DNA of 61,813 bases, the filler included, from Chiloscyllium plagiosum (Eukaryota), in assembly GCF_004010195.1 (NCBI RefSeq). It is 3 parts of one record of this genome, joined end to end, with 100 filler letters (N's around TTAATTAATTAA, not from the genome) between each part and the next. Parts side by side here need not be neighbours in the genome. Positions count along the whole stretch, not along the records: positions 1 to 27,141 come from NC_057713.1; positions 27,242 to 53,014 come from NC_057713.1; 1 more part is not named here. One strand, written 5' to 3'. Position 1 is the stretch's first letter; every line of letters starts with the position of its first letter. The notes under the pieces were generated by a model. That model was not told the origin of the DNA. It saw nothing but the letters and a program-made list of their open reading frames with translations, and did no database searches. The position numbers and the translations under genes are program-made. This document shows positions 26,501 to 39,270 of this stretch, piece by piece.

Positions 26501-27141
26501 AAGAGTACACTCTCTGTCAGTACTTTATATCACCAATTGGAGGGTGCCACCTCAGATGAGTCTGATCGACTCTGCAAGATGTGGGAAAGAGAGCTGGGTG
26601 TTGAAGTTTCTTCAGAGGCATGGGAGGATATTTGGGAGAATGCAAGGAAGATATCAATTTGCAATAGGACCCATGCTTTACAGTTGAAGATTCTCCACAG
26701 GGTCCACTTAGCCCCAGACCATTTGCCAAAATTTAAACCAGGGGTATCTTCAGCATGTACCAAGTGCAAGGTCTGTACGGGTACTCTTACCCATTGTCTT
26801 TGTTCTTGTAGGAGAAAGTGAGGACTGCAGATGCTGGAGATCAGAGCTTAAAAATGTGTTGGTGGAAAAGCGCAGCTGGTCAGGCAGCATCCTGTTCCTT
26901 TGATGCTGCCTGACCTTCTGCGCTTCCAGCAACACATTTTTAATCTTTGGTCTTGTGACAGGCTTCAAACATATTGGAACGCTGTGGTGGGTGCAATGGA
27001 GAGGAATTTAGGTGTAGGGGTGGAGAAGGACCATATTTCTCTCCTTTTGGGCCTACCCATTGTATTTCCTACAGACGCGCATAAGAAAAAACTTTTCAAT
27101 ATTCTCACATTCTGTGCAAGAAAGAATATCTTGCTAGGTTG
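23545..27141 (+). pseudogene. L1 ORF2 (APE endonuclease, RT, CCHC), disrupted
   Basis: WNIKG, LQETH, GGDFN, SDH, YRPISLLNVDFKIL, SLDAEKAFDRVEW, YADD, CTKC...HCLWSC; multiple stops and frameshifts. Confidence 0.92.
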
Positions 27142-27241
27142 NNNNNNNNNNNNNNNNNNNNNNNNNNNNNNNNNNNNNNNNNNNNTTAATTAATTAANNN
27201 NNNNNNNNNNNNNNNNNNNNNNNNNNNNNNNNNNNNNNNNN
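27142..27241. other. Artificial assembly linker
   Basis: 44 N + TTAATTAATTAA (27186-27197) + 44 N. Confidence 0.9.
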
Positions 27242-28139
27242 CGTCATTTTTATAAATGATCTGGATGAGGGCTTAGAAGGGTGGGTTAGTAAATTTGCGG
27301 ATGACACTAAGGTCGGTGGATTGTGGATAGTGACGAAGGATGTAGTAGGTTGCAGAGAGACATAGATAGAATCCAGAGCTGGGCTGAGAGGTGGCAAATA
27401 GAGTTTAATGATACACTTTGGATGGAGTAATCTAGTACGATTCTTGGGAGTGCAGATGAGCAGAGACATCTCGGTGTCCATGTACACAGATCCCTGAAAG
27501 TTGCCACCCAGATTGACAGGGTTGTTAAAAAGGCATACAGTGTTTTAGCCTTTATTAATAGACGGATTGAGTTCCGAAACCAGGAGGTTATGCTGCAGCT
27601 GTACAAAGCTCTGGTACAGCCACACTTGGAGTATCATGTACAGCTATAAGAAGGATTTGGAAGCTTTGGAAAGGGTGCTGAGGAGATTTATTGGGATGTT
27701 GTCTGGTATGGAAGGAATGTCTTACGAGGAAAGGCTGAGGGCCTTGAGGCTGTTCTCATTAGAGAGAAGAGGGTTGAGAGGTGACTTAATAGAGACATAC
27801 AAGATAATCAGAGGGTTAGATAGGGTGGATAGGGAGAGCCTTTTTCCAAGTATGGGGACGGCAAACACGAGGGGACACAACTTTAAAGTGAGGGGAGATA
27901 GGTATAAGACAGATGTCAGAAGTAGTTTCTTTACTCAGAGAGTAGTAAGGGTATGGAATGCTTTGCCTGCAACGGTAGTAGATTTGCCAAGTTTAAGTGC
28001 ATTTAAGTTGTCATTGGACAGGCATATGGACATACATGGAATGGTGTAGATGGGATGGTCTTCAGATTAGTATGACAGGGCGGCGCAACATCGAGGGCCG
28101 AAGGGCCTGTACTGCGCTGTAATGTTCTATGTTCTATGT
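27242..28139 (+). mobile_element. CR1 3' fragment
   Basis: KFADDTK, LERVLRRF, FFTQRVVRVWNALP; (TTCTATG)n tail; 3' UTR very similar to that of 2341-2946. Confidence 0.9.
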
Positions 28140-29010
28140 AAATTGCTGGAAAAGCTCAGCAGCTCTGGCAGCATCTGTGAAGAGAAAGCAGAGTTAGTGT
28201 TTTGGATCCAGTGACACCCTGGTCCACTCCCCCTTCAGCCCCAACCCTTCCCACACCCTACAGGACCTGCCCTCGCAAATGCAGAACAGAAAACACTTGC
28301 CCATTTATCTCCACCCTCCTCACTGTCCAAGACCCCAGGGACACACCATCCAGAAGAAGCAATGATTAACCTGGCCTTCACTCAATCCACTCTACTGTAT
28401 TCCCTGCTCACTATGTATTCTCCTCCACTGGGGAGATGAAATGCAGACTGGGCTTTGCATAACACCTACATTATGTCTGCAAAACTGCCCTTGAGCTTCC
28501 AGTTTCCTGCATTTCAAAACATTCCCCTATTCCTGAACCAAATCTCTGTCTCGGGCTTGCTACAGTGCTCCAGCAAAGCTCAGCACACGCTGGTAGAACA
28601 GCAATTCATTTTCTGCTTGGGAACCCTGCAGCTTTCAGGACTCAATATAGAGTTCAATAATTTTAGGGCTTGAGCAGTTTCTCCCACGTCCTTACCACAA
28701 ACACCCACACACCAGACCTTATCATCACTTGGACTGCTACTAAAAATGAACCTTTGTCAGCCACTAATGGTTCCCATTAGCAGCCATTAATTCTCCCAGG
28801 GGTATGGAGTAAAGGAAGGAAAGTGGAGTTCTTTAATTTGTCCAATAGTTTTTTCCCCTCTCTGGGCTCCATCTCTACCGTTTGTTCAGCCCCACCTTCT
28901 CCCGGCTAAAATCGGTTCTGACTAAGAGTCACTGGATCCGAAGCAATAACTCTGCTTTCTCTCCACAGATGCTGCCAGACCTGTTGAGCTTTTCCAGCAA
29001 TTGCTGTTTT
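28140..29010 (+). mobile_element. Degraded Penelope 3' fragment with inverted pLTR at its 5' side
   Basis: LVEQQFIFCLG motif; 28140-28215 is inverted relative to 28928-29003. Confidence 0.65.
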
Positions 29011-29624
29011 TGTCCCCTGTCAACCTTCACTGCTCCAAGGAAAACAATCCTAGCATATCCAATCGTTCCCCACAGCTCAGACCCTTACCCCCCCCCACCC
29101 CCTCCCTCCCCACCAACCCCAGGCCAGGCTGCATCCTGGTAAATCGCTCCTCCTCCTTCTCTACAGCAATCACATCACCTCTTTCTCTATAATAAGGTGA
29201 CCAGAACAACATGCGGTACTCCATTTGTGGTCAACTAACATTTCATATACTTCCAGTGTAATCTCTTTGTTATTATACTCTATATTTTGGCTAAAGAAGC
29301 AAGTATCCCATATGTTGTGTTCAATACCTTGTCTACTTACTCTGCTGCCTTTAGGGAAATGGGGAATTAACATAACAATGTCTCTGTGATCTTCAGTACT
29401 TTCCTACCAGTCGTAGTGCAATCCAACAGGTAACATTTCTCAAGGAAAATGCTCCATGATAGACTCTTAGGTGTACAGTCATTTACAGCACAGAGCCATT
29501 TGGCCCATCCTTTCTGTGGCAGCCAACAAAGGCCTGACTACAATAATACTTGGCTATTGTCAAGTACATTACCTCAATTGTCTGGTGTGTCATCCATGAA
29601 CCTCTTGACCTTACAATGTACATT

Positions 29625-30190
29625 AAGTGCAGATCATTAACAGGCTCAGACCCCTTGGCATCATGGTAGCCCACAAATCAGCCAACACACTAAAACAGCA
29701 GCTAATGAACTTGAAAGGCCCTTTACAGACAATAAGCAAAACTACAGTCATTTACAAAATACCGTGCAAGAACTGTAACAAACACTACACGGGACAAACA
29801 GGCAGAAAACTAGCCACAGGATACATGAACATCAACGAGTCACAAAAAGACATGACCCACTCTCACTAGTATCATTACATACAGATGAGGAAGGACGCCA
29901 CTTTGATTGGGACAACATATCCATCCTAGGACAATCCAAATAGAGACACGCGTGAGAATTCCTGGAAGCATGGCATTCCAACCAGAACTCTATCAACAAA
30001 AACATTGACTTGGATCCCATTTACCACCCTCTGAGAAAAAGAACAGGAAATGGCAACACCATAGGAAATGGCAACACCAAACCAAGGAAACCAAAATACA
30101 ATAATAAAAAGCGGGCCATCCTACTAGTGCTTCACCCGGAAACGTCTGAAAATGAACCTTCCAGCTCAGCGAGCAAAGCTACATCCATAC
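29625..30190 (+). mobile_element. Penelope GIY-YIG endonuclease fragment and pLTR
   Basis: VIYKIPCKNCNKHYTGQTGRKL...EFLEAWHS. Confidence 0.85.
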
Positions 30191-31366
30191 CTATCCACTT
30201 TTAAGGCTGCTAAACCTGCTAGTCCCTCCTCCTCTTTTAATGTGAATTTCTTCTAATATTTCTATGTCATCCAACTTTTGTTGTTCCTTTCTATTGTGAA
30301 GACTGACAGAAAATACTCACTGAGGACAATGCCCATGCTTTTCAGGTGCACCACGGAGTGATAACCTCCATGGTCCCTATTTGAAAAGACCTTAAGATAT
30401 GGGAGCCGAATTAGATCAATTAGCCCATCAAGTCTGCTCTGCTGTTCGATCATGGCTGATGTGTTTCTCAACCTCATTTTCCTGCCATCTTCCCATAACC
30501 TCCGATTCCTTTACTAATCAAGAACTTACCTATCTCTGTTACAATGTCCCATCTAGTTGCACCTCTCCTGCAGCAAGATTCCATAGATAGGTATCAAAAA
30601 GGCTGCTTGCATAGTCATTGAGCTGAAGAACAGAAATTGCAAGAGAAAAGTCAACGTGGGTCATGAGGAACTACGTGCTATAAATCTCACTGGAAGAAAC
30701 ATGTTACTAAATAATGTGATTTTAACCCTTTCAGTTCTTTAAGGCTTTCTCTTCCAAACATAAGATTTCAGTGAGACAGCCGATTATATCACAGGAATGG
30801 GGGTAACAGACAATGCACTCGGGTGAGATTGCAATTTTTTTCAAAGAATCTGAATTGTTTGTCTCAGTGATTGCAATATTTAAAAAGATACTTGTGATCT
30901 AAATAGCAGATGACTTCAGGGTTTAATTAGCTGGAGGCTTCTCCTTGCAAAGAATTAGTTTATTCAATATTGAAGGCATCGAACCAATTAATTAACAAAT
31001 CCATTTGTCTTGCACATAGAAATGCTTTGTCTCTCACTAGAAAAATATGAATATGCTCCATTGTACAGGGTGAGAACTGCAATATGAAGCATTTTAGTAA
31101 GAATTTCTGCACATTTTGCACCAACGTTTTTCTTCTTCTCAACCTCCAAGTTAGAACTGGCATTGACGGGGCAGTATGGTCATATCATTGTTAGCAGCCT
31201 TACCGTCCTGTTAATCCCAATGATAACATTGTCTCACCTTGTCTTCTACAAGGATCAATGCTTTCATCTGAATCAAGCAGTGAGCTTCTTCCCTGTCCAG
31301 ATCAGTGGTCTAGTGTTTAGCCGGGGTTCCACTTGCAAAATTAAGTAACAAGTTCCATGCATGTAT

Positions 31367-31645
31367 TGGGCGGCACAGTGGCACAGTGGTTAGCACTGCT
31401 GCCTCACAGTGCCGGAGACCCGGGTTCAATTCCCGCCTCAGGTGACTGACTGTGTGGAGTTTGCACATTCTCCCCGTGTCTGCGTGGGTTTCCTCGCATT
31501 TAGCATGAATTGGCCATGCTAAATTACCCGTAGTGTTAGGTAAGGGGTAAATGTAGGGGTATGGGTGGGTTGCGCTTCGGCGGGTCGGTGTGGACTTGTT
31601 GGGCCAAAGGTCCTGTTTCCACACTGTAATGTAATCTAATCTAAA
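31367..31645 (+). mobile_element. HE1/V-SINE with internal deletion
   Basis: A and B boxes, V-domain, (AATCT)n tail. Confidence 0.85.
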
Positions 31646-32487
31646 ATCTGACGTGAACTTTCAGAATTGAAATTGGTAGCTTTGTGTTATGCAAGCATAT
31701 TAAAAGGTACGGAACCAAATAGATAGATGGAATTAAGTTACAGATTAGCCATAATTTTATTGAAAAGCGGAATAGGCTCATACAGTTGAATGGCTTAATT
31801 ATATTCTAATGTATAGAAATGTTTCTGAAATTGGCTTTTTGTAGAGCTGAAAAGACCAGGAGTTTTCTTCTTGCATGGCTTCAAGAAAATGCTTTGGGCC
31901 TTGGAATGTCCCAGCGCAACATCTTTTGCTATCTGTGGGCAACTGGTGACACCCCAAATGGGTGAAGACCCCAGGCCTGAGGGCCAGTAAGCTGCATTGT
32001 TGTCCACAGTCTGCCTGTCCAAGTTAGATGAGTTGCTCTCCAATTCATAGCTGCCTATTCCCTGCCAGTATGGATGGCTGTTTGGCAAACCATGTCACTT
32101 AGCTGCCTAAGAGTCAAAATTACTCCTACGAACACCACAGAATTATTAGCAGCTGAAGTATTGTTCAATTTATTTTAGAAACAAGTTTCAACAATCTTTT
32201 ATATTAGCTCAAAAGCTGCATAATCTGTTAAAAACAATTGGACAAAGGTAGGGTTTAAGTATCAAAAACAAAGAATGGTGGAAGTCAGAAATCTGTATCA
32301 GAAATGGAAATTGCAGGAAGAACACCGCAGGTCCAGCAGCAACTGTGGAGAGAAAGCAGAGTCAATGTTTCAGGCCCAGTGGTCCTTCTTCATAACACAG
32401 CTGATTCTGCTTTGGCCAGACCTGCTGAATTTCTCATGCAATTTCTCTGTTTGTTTCAGGTTTTAATCATCATCTTTAAGGAAAAAG

Positions 32488-33770
32488 AGTCACAGAGTCA
32501 GAATTATACAGCACAGAAGCAGACCTTTAGGTCCAATATGTCCATGTTGACCAGATATCCTAAATTAGTCTCTTCCCATTTGCCAGCATTTGACCCATAT
32601 CCCTCTAAACCCTTCCTATTCATGTACCCATCCAGAGGACTCTTAAACATTGTAATTGTACCAGCCTCCACCACTTCCTCTGGCAGCTCGTTCCATACAT
32701 GTACCACCCTCTGCATGAAAAATTTGCCCCTTATGTCATTTTTCAATCTGTCCCCTCTCACCTTAAACCTATGCACTCTAGATTTGGACTCCCCTACCCT
32801 GGGGAAAAGAGATTGGCTATTCACCCAATCCATGCCCCTCATGGTTTTGTAAATTTATATAAGGTCACCACTCAGCCACCAACACTCTAGGAAAATAGCC
32901 CCAGCCTAATCAGCCTCTCCCTGTAACTCAAACCAGGAATTGATTTAGCTCAGTTGGCTGGATTGTTGGTTTGCAAAGCAGTGTGATGCCAACAGTGTGG
33001 GCTCAATTCCCATCACCAATTTGAGGTTACCATGAAGGACTCTCCTTCTCAACCTTTTCCCTCACCTGTGGTCTGGTTGCCCTCAGGTTAAATCACCACC
33101 AGTTGCTTCTGACTAATGAAGACAGCAGCCCATTTGGTCTGGTAAGACTATGATGACATAACCCAAACCCTCCAACCCTTGTAAATCTTTTCTGCACCCT
33201 GTCAAGTCTTACAACATCCTTCCTGTAGCAAGGAGACCAGAATTGAAACAGTATTCCAAAAGTGGTCTAAATAATGTACTGTACAGCCCCAACATGACCT
33301 CCCAACTCCTTTATTCAATGCACAGACCAATAAAGGCAAGCATACTAAACACCTTCTTCACTATCCTGAAGAAGGGCTCATGCCCGAAACGTTGATTCTC
33401 CTGCTCCTTGGATGCTGCCTGACCTGCTGCGCTTTTCCAGCAACACATTTTCAGCTTGTTTACCTGTTTACCTGTGACTCTATCTTTAAATCAATATAAA
33501 CCTGCACTCCAAGATGTCCTTTTTCTACAATACTTCCTCGGACCTTACCATTAAGTGTATGTCCTGCTCTGATTTGCCTTTCTAAAATGTAGCACCTGAC
33601 ATTTATCTAAATTAAATTCCATCTGCCACTCCTCAGACCACTGGCCCATCTGTTCAAGGACTTGTTGTATTCTTGACTGTCCATGACACCACAAATATTG
33701 GTATCATCTGTACATTTACTTACCATATCTCCTATGTTCACATCCAAATCATTTAAATAAATGTCAAAAG
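32488..33770 (-). mobile_element. CR1 3' fragment with two nested insertions
   Basis: ORF 32504-32842 FFMQRVVHVWNELP; CTDDT motif near 33710. Confidence 0.85.
32935..33158 (+). mobile_element. tRNA-derived SINE (non-HE1 family) with 11-bp target-site duplication
   Basis: A box TAGCTCAGTTGG, B-box-like GGCTCAATTCC; TAACTCAAACC (32924-32934) and TAACCCAAACC (33159-33169). Confidence 0.7.
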
Positions 33771-36465
33771 AGTGATACCAAAAGATGCTTGGCTGTACAG
33801 AATTTGAGAACTGGTGTTGAAAGAGACATGCTGTTGAAACTTTGTATTTTGCATTCTTCAGGACAGATGCAAATACCAAACTTTAACAGTAACAGCCTGC
33901 AAGAGGTGACATATATTTATGCATAGGGCCCTATTATCCTGAGACAGAAATAATATATCCAGGCACTATATAGTTTTCAATTAAACAAAAATTTCAGTGG
34001 TAACTGTTGCCTGATATATTATTCATGGCTGTTCTTGGACCAGCTAGAATCTCCATATTAATCAATTAGTAGCCTTTTCACACATAGTTTAAATTGTTGC
34101 TCCTCTTGAAATTTGCCATTCTCCTATCTGTTCTGATGTGTGAAAAACAAAAAGTTTGGGAAAAAAAAAGATGCTTTTTTCCAGAATAATCACAAAGAAT
34201 GATACAAAGACAGAGGGGTTTATTGAGGAAATTCCAAAGCTTAGACTCTGGATACCTGAATGTCTGCTTACCAATGGTGCAGTAAATGAAAATATTATTT
34301 TTCAGATTTTCAGAAGAGTGATATGCACAAACTTGGAGGAGCTCTGTGTTCCTGGAGGGTTGTGAAGCTTGTGGAAGTTACAGAGACCAGGGAATGGTGA
34401 GGCCATGGAAGGATTTAAAAGCAAGCATCGGAATTTTAAATTCTAGGTGATTTTGGACTGGGAGCCAATGGTGATCAGCGAGCGCAGGGAATGGAAACAG
34501 ATGATAATAGTATTTATTTTAGATCTTAGAAGATAAATATCTGCCGATTGAACAGATACCAAATCTTTGAAAGATAATGGTATCAAAAAGCTTAAATGGT
34601 AGCACAAGAACCAAAGATTAGACCTTATGAGAAAGGTTGTTGGCAAAGTGACAATAATTTCACGATGTCACCTGAAAGTACAGACTTCCAGGCACAAAAT
34701 ATATTGTGCACACTTGTTTTGGCACAACAGAACCAAGGTATCAGACAGGCAGATCGATAATACGTAGGAGGGAGTCAAACAGATCAGATTACACGATATA
34801 CATGGACTTAAGTACCTCTAGCTGTTGTTATACAACTCATGTACTTGAGGAGGAGGCTTTTAAGAACCAATGTTTTAAAAATCAATACAAAGTCTCACAA
34901 TCCTTAAGTTGTTACCTTTTATGAAACTCCCCCCCTCCCCCAAGTGTAATGTTCCAGCTGTCAGTTTGTTACCAAGGTTACTATATGCGTGCAGTGCATT
35001 TTAAAGTGTAAATGCGCATATATTTATTTATTCCAACTGGAGTAAAGGACACCTATTGTTCCCCCATACCAGAGTGTGCTCTAATAATCATTTCACATTG
35101 CTAGTTAAAACTGATGACCAGAATTCAGATCTGAAAGCTTTTGTTTTATTAAAATAGTCCAATATTATACAGGAATAAAAATGAACATACTTCTGAATTA
35201 TAATATTATCCCTACATTCTTACAAATGTGATTGAACCCCTTTGTATTATAGTGTTGTTCTTAATAATATAAAATAATTCACCTCAGTCTGGCTACTAAC
35301 ATATTTTGACAGTGCATTTAAAGTTATTCTGGGAGCCATTTCGTTATTTTGTGCCTGGGGATCGAATCGGGCAGATGTTATTACCCACCATGGGGTAGGT
35401 TTGGAAATGGGGCATTTAAATGGGTGAGATGTTATGGCCTAGGGAATCTGTTGCTTGTTCACAATTAAGTCTGGAGATGGAAGGGTCATGCATGGATTAC
35501 ACACTCAGGTGATAATTGGGACAATTATGTGGTCAATTAATGCCCCTGTTAAGGGCATCATTCTACAGCCACTTCCATGCAAGGAAGCCATGGGCTCCTG
35601 GTAGGGGGGTATCTCACTCAAAGGTACTCAGGGATTCAGCACTGGGGTGTGAGGTTGGGGGACTGCTTCTGATGTACACTCCACGACCCTCTTCTCGTCT
35701 TCGTAACTTCCTTTTGGAGTGAGTCCCTTATTCACCCTGGGCTTCTGTGTGAGTGCATGACCAGCAGCCAGTGCTCCCAGTACATCAGGATCACCACGCC
35801 TGGTGTCCGTAATGTGAGGCTGGCAGTGATCAACCATCAGCATGGGTAGCTGCTCAATTACACTCATCCAAGGCCCAGGATCAGTGAGGGATCACAGGTG
35901 ACTGATAGGTGACAGAGGGTCTTGATTTGATTTGCTTTGATTTGGTTACTTATTGCCACAGGTATTTTCTTACAAAAAACAGAGAAAAGTGTTGTATAGT
36001 GTTACCACACTCTGGTGCCAATCTAGAACACAGAAAAGTGAAGCAAAACATAGAATCCACAGGCAGAAAAATAGAGATGTAAAGTAAAAGTGTTCAGCTT
36101 TACAGTCTTTCCTGTTAAGTGCTTCACCCTGAGCCATGGGCCCAGTGACCAGACACAAGCCCCCTTTGCCAGGCTGCCACCGTTGGAATGAAAGTTACCA
36201 TTCTTCGGCATCACCTCGCCTACACTGATGCTCTCACTGGATCCAGCCAATACAGACATCACTGATGCTGCCAGGTACCGCACTGGTCCAAACCCAACTC
36301 CGTTGCCACCATGAGTCCATTTGGGACCTACCTCGCCAATGCAGCCACTGCCAATGCTGATGCTGCTGGGTCTCATGCAGGACTGAAACTTGTCTCTACT
36401 CCCATTGCTTTGAACCTGTACTGAATGAAGACACCACCGGGAATCCACCTCTACCGCAGCAGCGA

Positions 36466-37078
36466 TGAGTCTGCATTGGGCCCCCTCACCAACCGCCGTG
36501 AGTCCGCATTGGGCCCCCTCACCAACCGCTGTGAGTCCACATTGGGCCCCCTTACCAAGCCCATGCGTCTGCACTGGGCCCCCTCACCAAGCCCATAAGT
36601 CTTCATTGGGCCCCCTCACCAAGCCCATGAGTCCACACTGGGCCCCCTCACCAACTGCTGTGAGTCCGCATTGGGCCCCCTCACCAAGCCCTTGAGTCCA
36701 CACTGGGCCCTCTCACCAACCGCTGTGAGTCCACACTGGGCCCCCTCACCAACTGCTGTGAGTCCACATTGGGCCCCCTCACCAAGCCCATGAGTCCGCA
36801 CTGGGACCACTCACCAACTGCCGTGAGTCTGTATTGGGTCCCCTCACCAACCGGTGTGAGTCCACACTGATCCCCCTCACCAAGCCCATAAGTCCATGCT
36901 GGGCCCCCTCACCAAGCCCATGAGTCCACACTGGGCCCTCTCACCAAGCCCATGAGTCCACGCTGGGCCCCCTCACCAAGCCCATGAGTCCACGCCAGGC
37001 CCTTTCACCAACCTCCATGAGTACTCACTGAGCTCACTCACCAACTGACATGAGTCTGTGCTGGGCCCACTCACCAAA
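36466..37078. repeat. 32/33-bp minisatellite, about 19 copies
   Basis: TGAGTCCRCAYTGGGCCCCCTCACCAA followed by GCCCA (32) or CYGCYG (33). Confidence 0.92.
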
Positions 37079-37869
37079 TGCGAGGGGAGGACAGCATGGC
37101 AGCTCACATGGGCAGCACCCCCCCCCCCCACCCCCCACATTCCCCAATGCCAATTCCAGTGATCATGGACTGAGAGCCTGGCAGCAAAAGGTCCTCTATA
37201 GAAATCAGCAGTGGTAGTATTTTGGGGTTTCCAGTCAGGCAACTGCCTTATCCATTACTGGATGATCTTGTTGCACATCTCTGGACCAGCTGTGACTTGC
37301 GTCTAGGTCTCCTGGCTCAGAGACAGGGACATTACCACTGCTCCTCAAGAGCCCAGTATTTCGGGAATGAGGCCCTCAAATGGGCATTAATAACCTTCCT
37401 TCCAAGTGAAGCAGTGATTTATTTGCACCTCTTTCAGTCTAGCCTCTTACTGTTGCTCACAATGCATCTCCTCCACACTGGGGAGACAAAATTCAGACCA
37501 GATGAATGCTTCATAGAACACATCCACTCAGTTCACAAACATGACCCTGACCCTGGTCATTTACCACTTCACTTTAAGAGGCATTTAGACAGACACAGCA
37601 GGGACGCAACATATGTGCCAAGTGCAGGCAAATGGGATTGGTTTCGACTGGCATCTTGGTCAACACTGATATTCCAGATCCAAAGGGCCTGCTCCTGTGA
37701 TATGCAGTTCTATACCATCTTGTGCTCATATTTTAGAGTTGTCAAAACAGACTAGGAAATAGAGTCAGGGAAAAATTTGTGGTTGAGCAGAGGCAAACAT
37801 TTGGTAGATATTTCATAAGGTTCAGCAAATATTTATCTTGGTCAATGAAGACTTGATGAGAACGGTAAA

Positions 37870-39270
37870 CCACCCATGGTTAATAATAGCAGTCAAGGAG
37901 AGTATCAATCAAAAACTAAGGCATACAATGCAGTGGAAACACTAGCAAATTGGGAATTTCTCTAGAATCAGCAATTGATGACGAAAACACTAATATGGTG
38001 AGATAAAATTGATTATGAAAGTAATTCGGTTAGAAATGTAAAGACAAAAACAAGGGCTTCTATGGATATAGAAAAAGAGAGTAGTTAAAGTAGATATAGG
38101 ACCGTTTGAGGATGCAACTAGGGAATTGATAATGTGGCAGATAATTTAACTCAATATTTTTCATTGGTCTTCACTGTGAAGGACACTCTAACCAAAGACA
38201 ACAGATAAGCAAGATGCTATTGGGAGGATAGATCTTGCACCAACCTCTTTCATGAGGACAATGTATTAGACAGCTAACGGGACTACAGGTAGACAAGTCA
38301 GAAAGGTCTGATAGCCTGTTTTTAAAGGATTGAAGGTGAGTGGCTGCAATGATAATGGGGACATTGATTAAAATATTCCAGCTCTCATTGAATTCCAGCA
38401 GATTGGAAAACTGCTAATGCGACTCCCCTGTTCAAGAAGGGATGGAGACAGAAAACAGGAAACTGAAGTTTCTAGGGAAAATGCTAGGGTCCATTATTAA
38501 GAAAGAGATATTGAGGCAATACAAAAGCTTAACACAATCAAACAGAGCCAATATGGTTTTGTAAACGGGAAATCATGATTGACAAATTTACTAGAGTTCT
38601 TTGAGGATGTAAGAAGCAGAGTTGACAAATGTAGTGTATTTGGATTTTCAGAAAGTCTTCAATATGGTGCCACACAAAAGGCTATTGCTTGTATGAGGTG
38701 ATGATGTTGGGGTAATGTATTAATGTAGAATAAGGACCCGTTAATACACAGGAGACAGAGAATCAAGATTATGGAGCATTTTTAGGTTGGAAAGATCTAA
38801 CTTGTGGAATGCCATAAGGATCAGTCATTGGGCCTCAGTTATTTACCACATAATTTGGAGGGTAGAGCACAATGCATCCAATAATGCAAAAATATATGGG
38901 AGGGCATGTTGTGACAACGACATAAGGAATCTGCAAGGGGCTATAGATAGGTTAAGTGAGAAGGCAAAACCTGTCAGATGCAATTTAGAGAAGAAATGTG
39001 TGAAGTTACGGACTTTAATAGGAAGTATCAAAAGGCAGATTGTGAGAATTGGAGAGACGGTCAAAAAATATCGATCGGGGGGGGCTGTTCTTGTGCATGA
39101 CACACAAAGTTGGCATGCAGGTGTAGCAAGTAATTAAGACAAATTGAACTTTGACCTTTATTGCTAGGGGTAGGAGTTTAAAAGGACATTTTTATTCAAA
39201 TGTACAGGGTAATGGTGAGGCTGTGTCTCCAGAACTGTGTATAATTTTGGTCCCCACATTTTAAAAAAAG
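37870..39270 (+). mobile_element. Old CR1 ORF2 remnant
   Basis: DWKTANATPLFKKG, GFVNGKS, LDFQKVF, CCDND motifs among many stops. Confidence 0.7.

Larger units (their letters stand above)
22170..27141 (+). mobile_element. L1-clade LINE, 5'-intact, inactivated, cut by the assembly join
   Basis: 5' UTR, ORF1, AT-rich spacer and ORF2 (endonuclease, RT, CCHC) in canonical order. Confidence 0.92.

Noticed and set aside
31795..32110. Exon-like unique stretch with open frames and an AG acceptor near 31844
   Set aside because: No recognisable protein in the frames examined and no partner exons
36466..37078. CRISPR-like periodicity
   Set aside because: No unique spacers, no cas genes, vertebrate context
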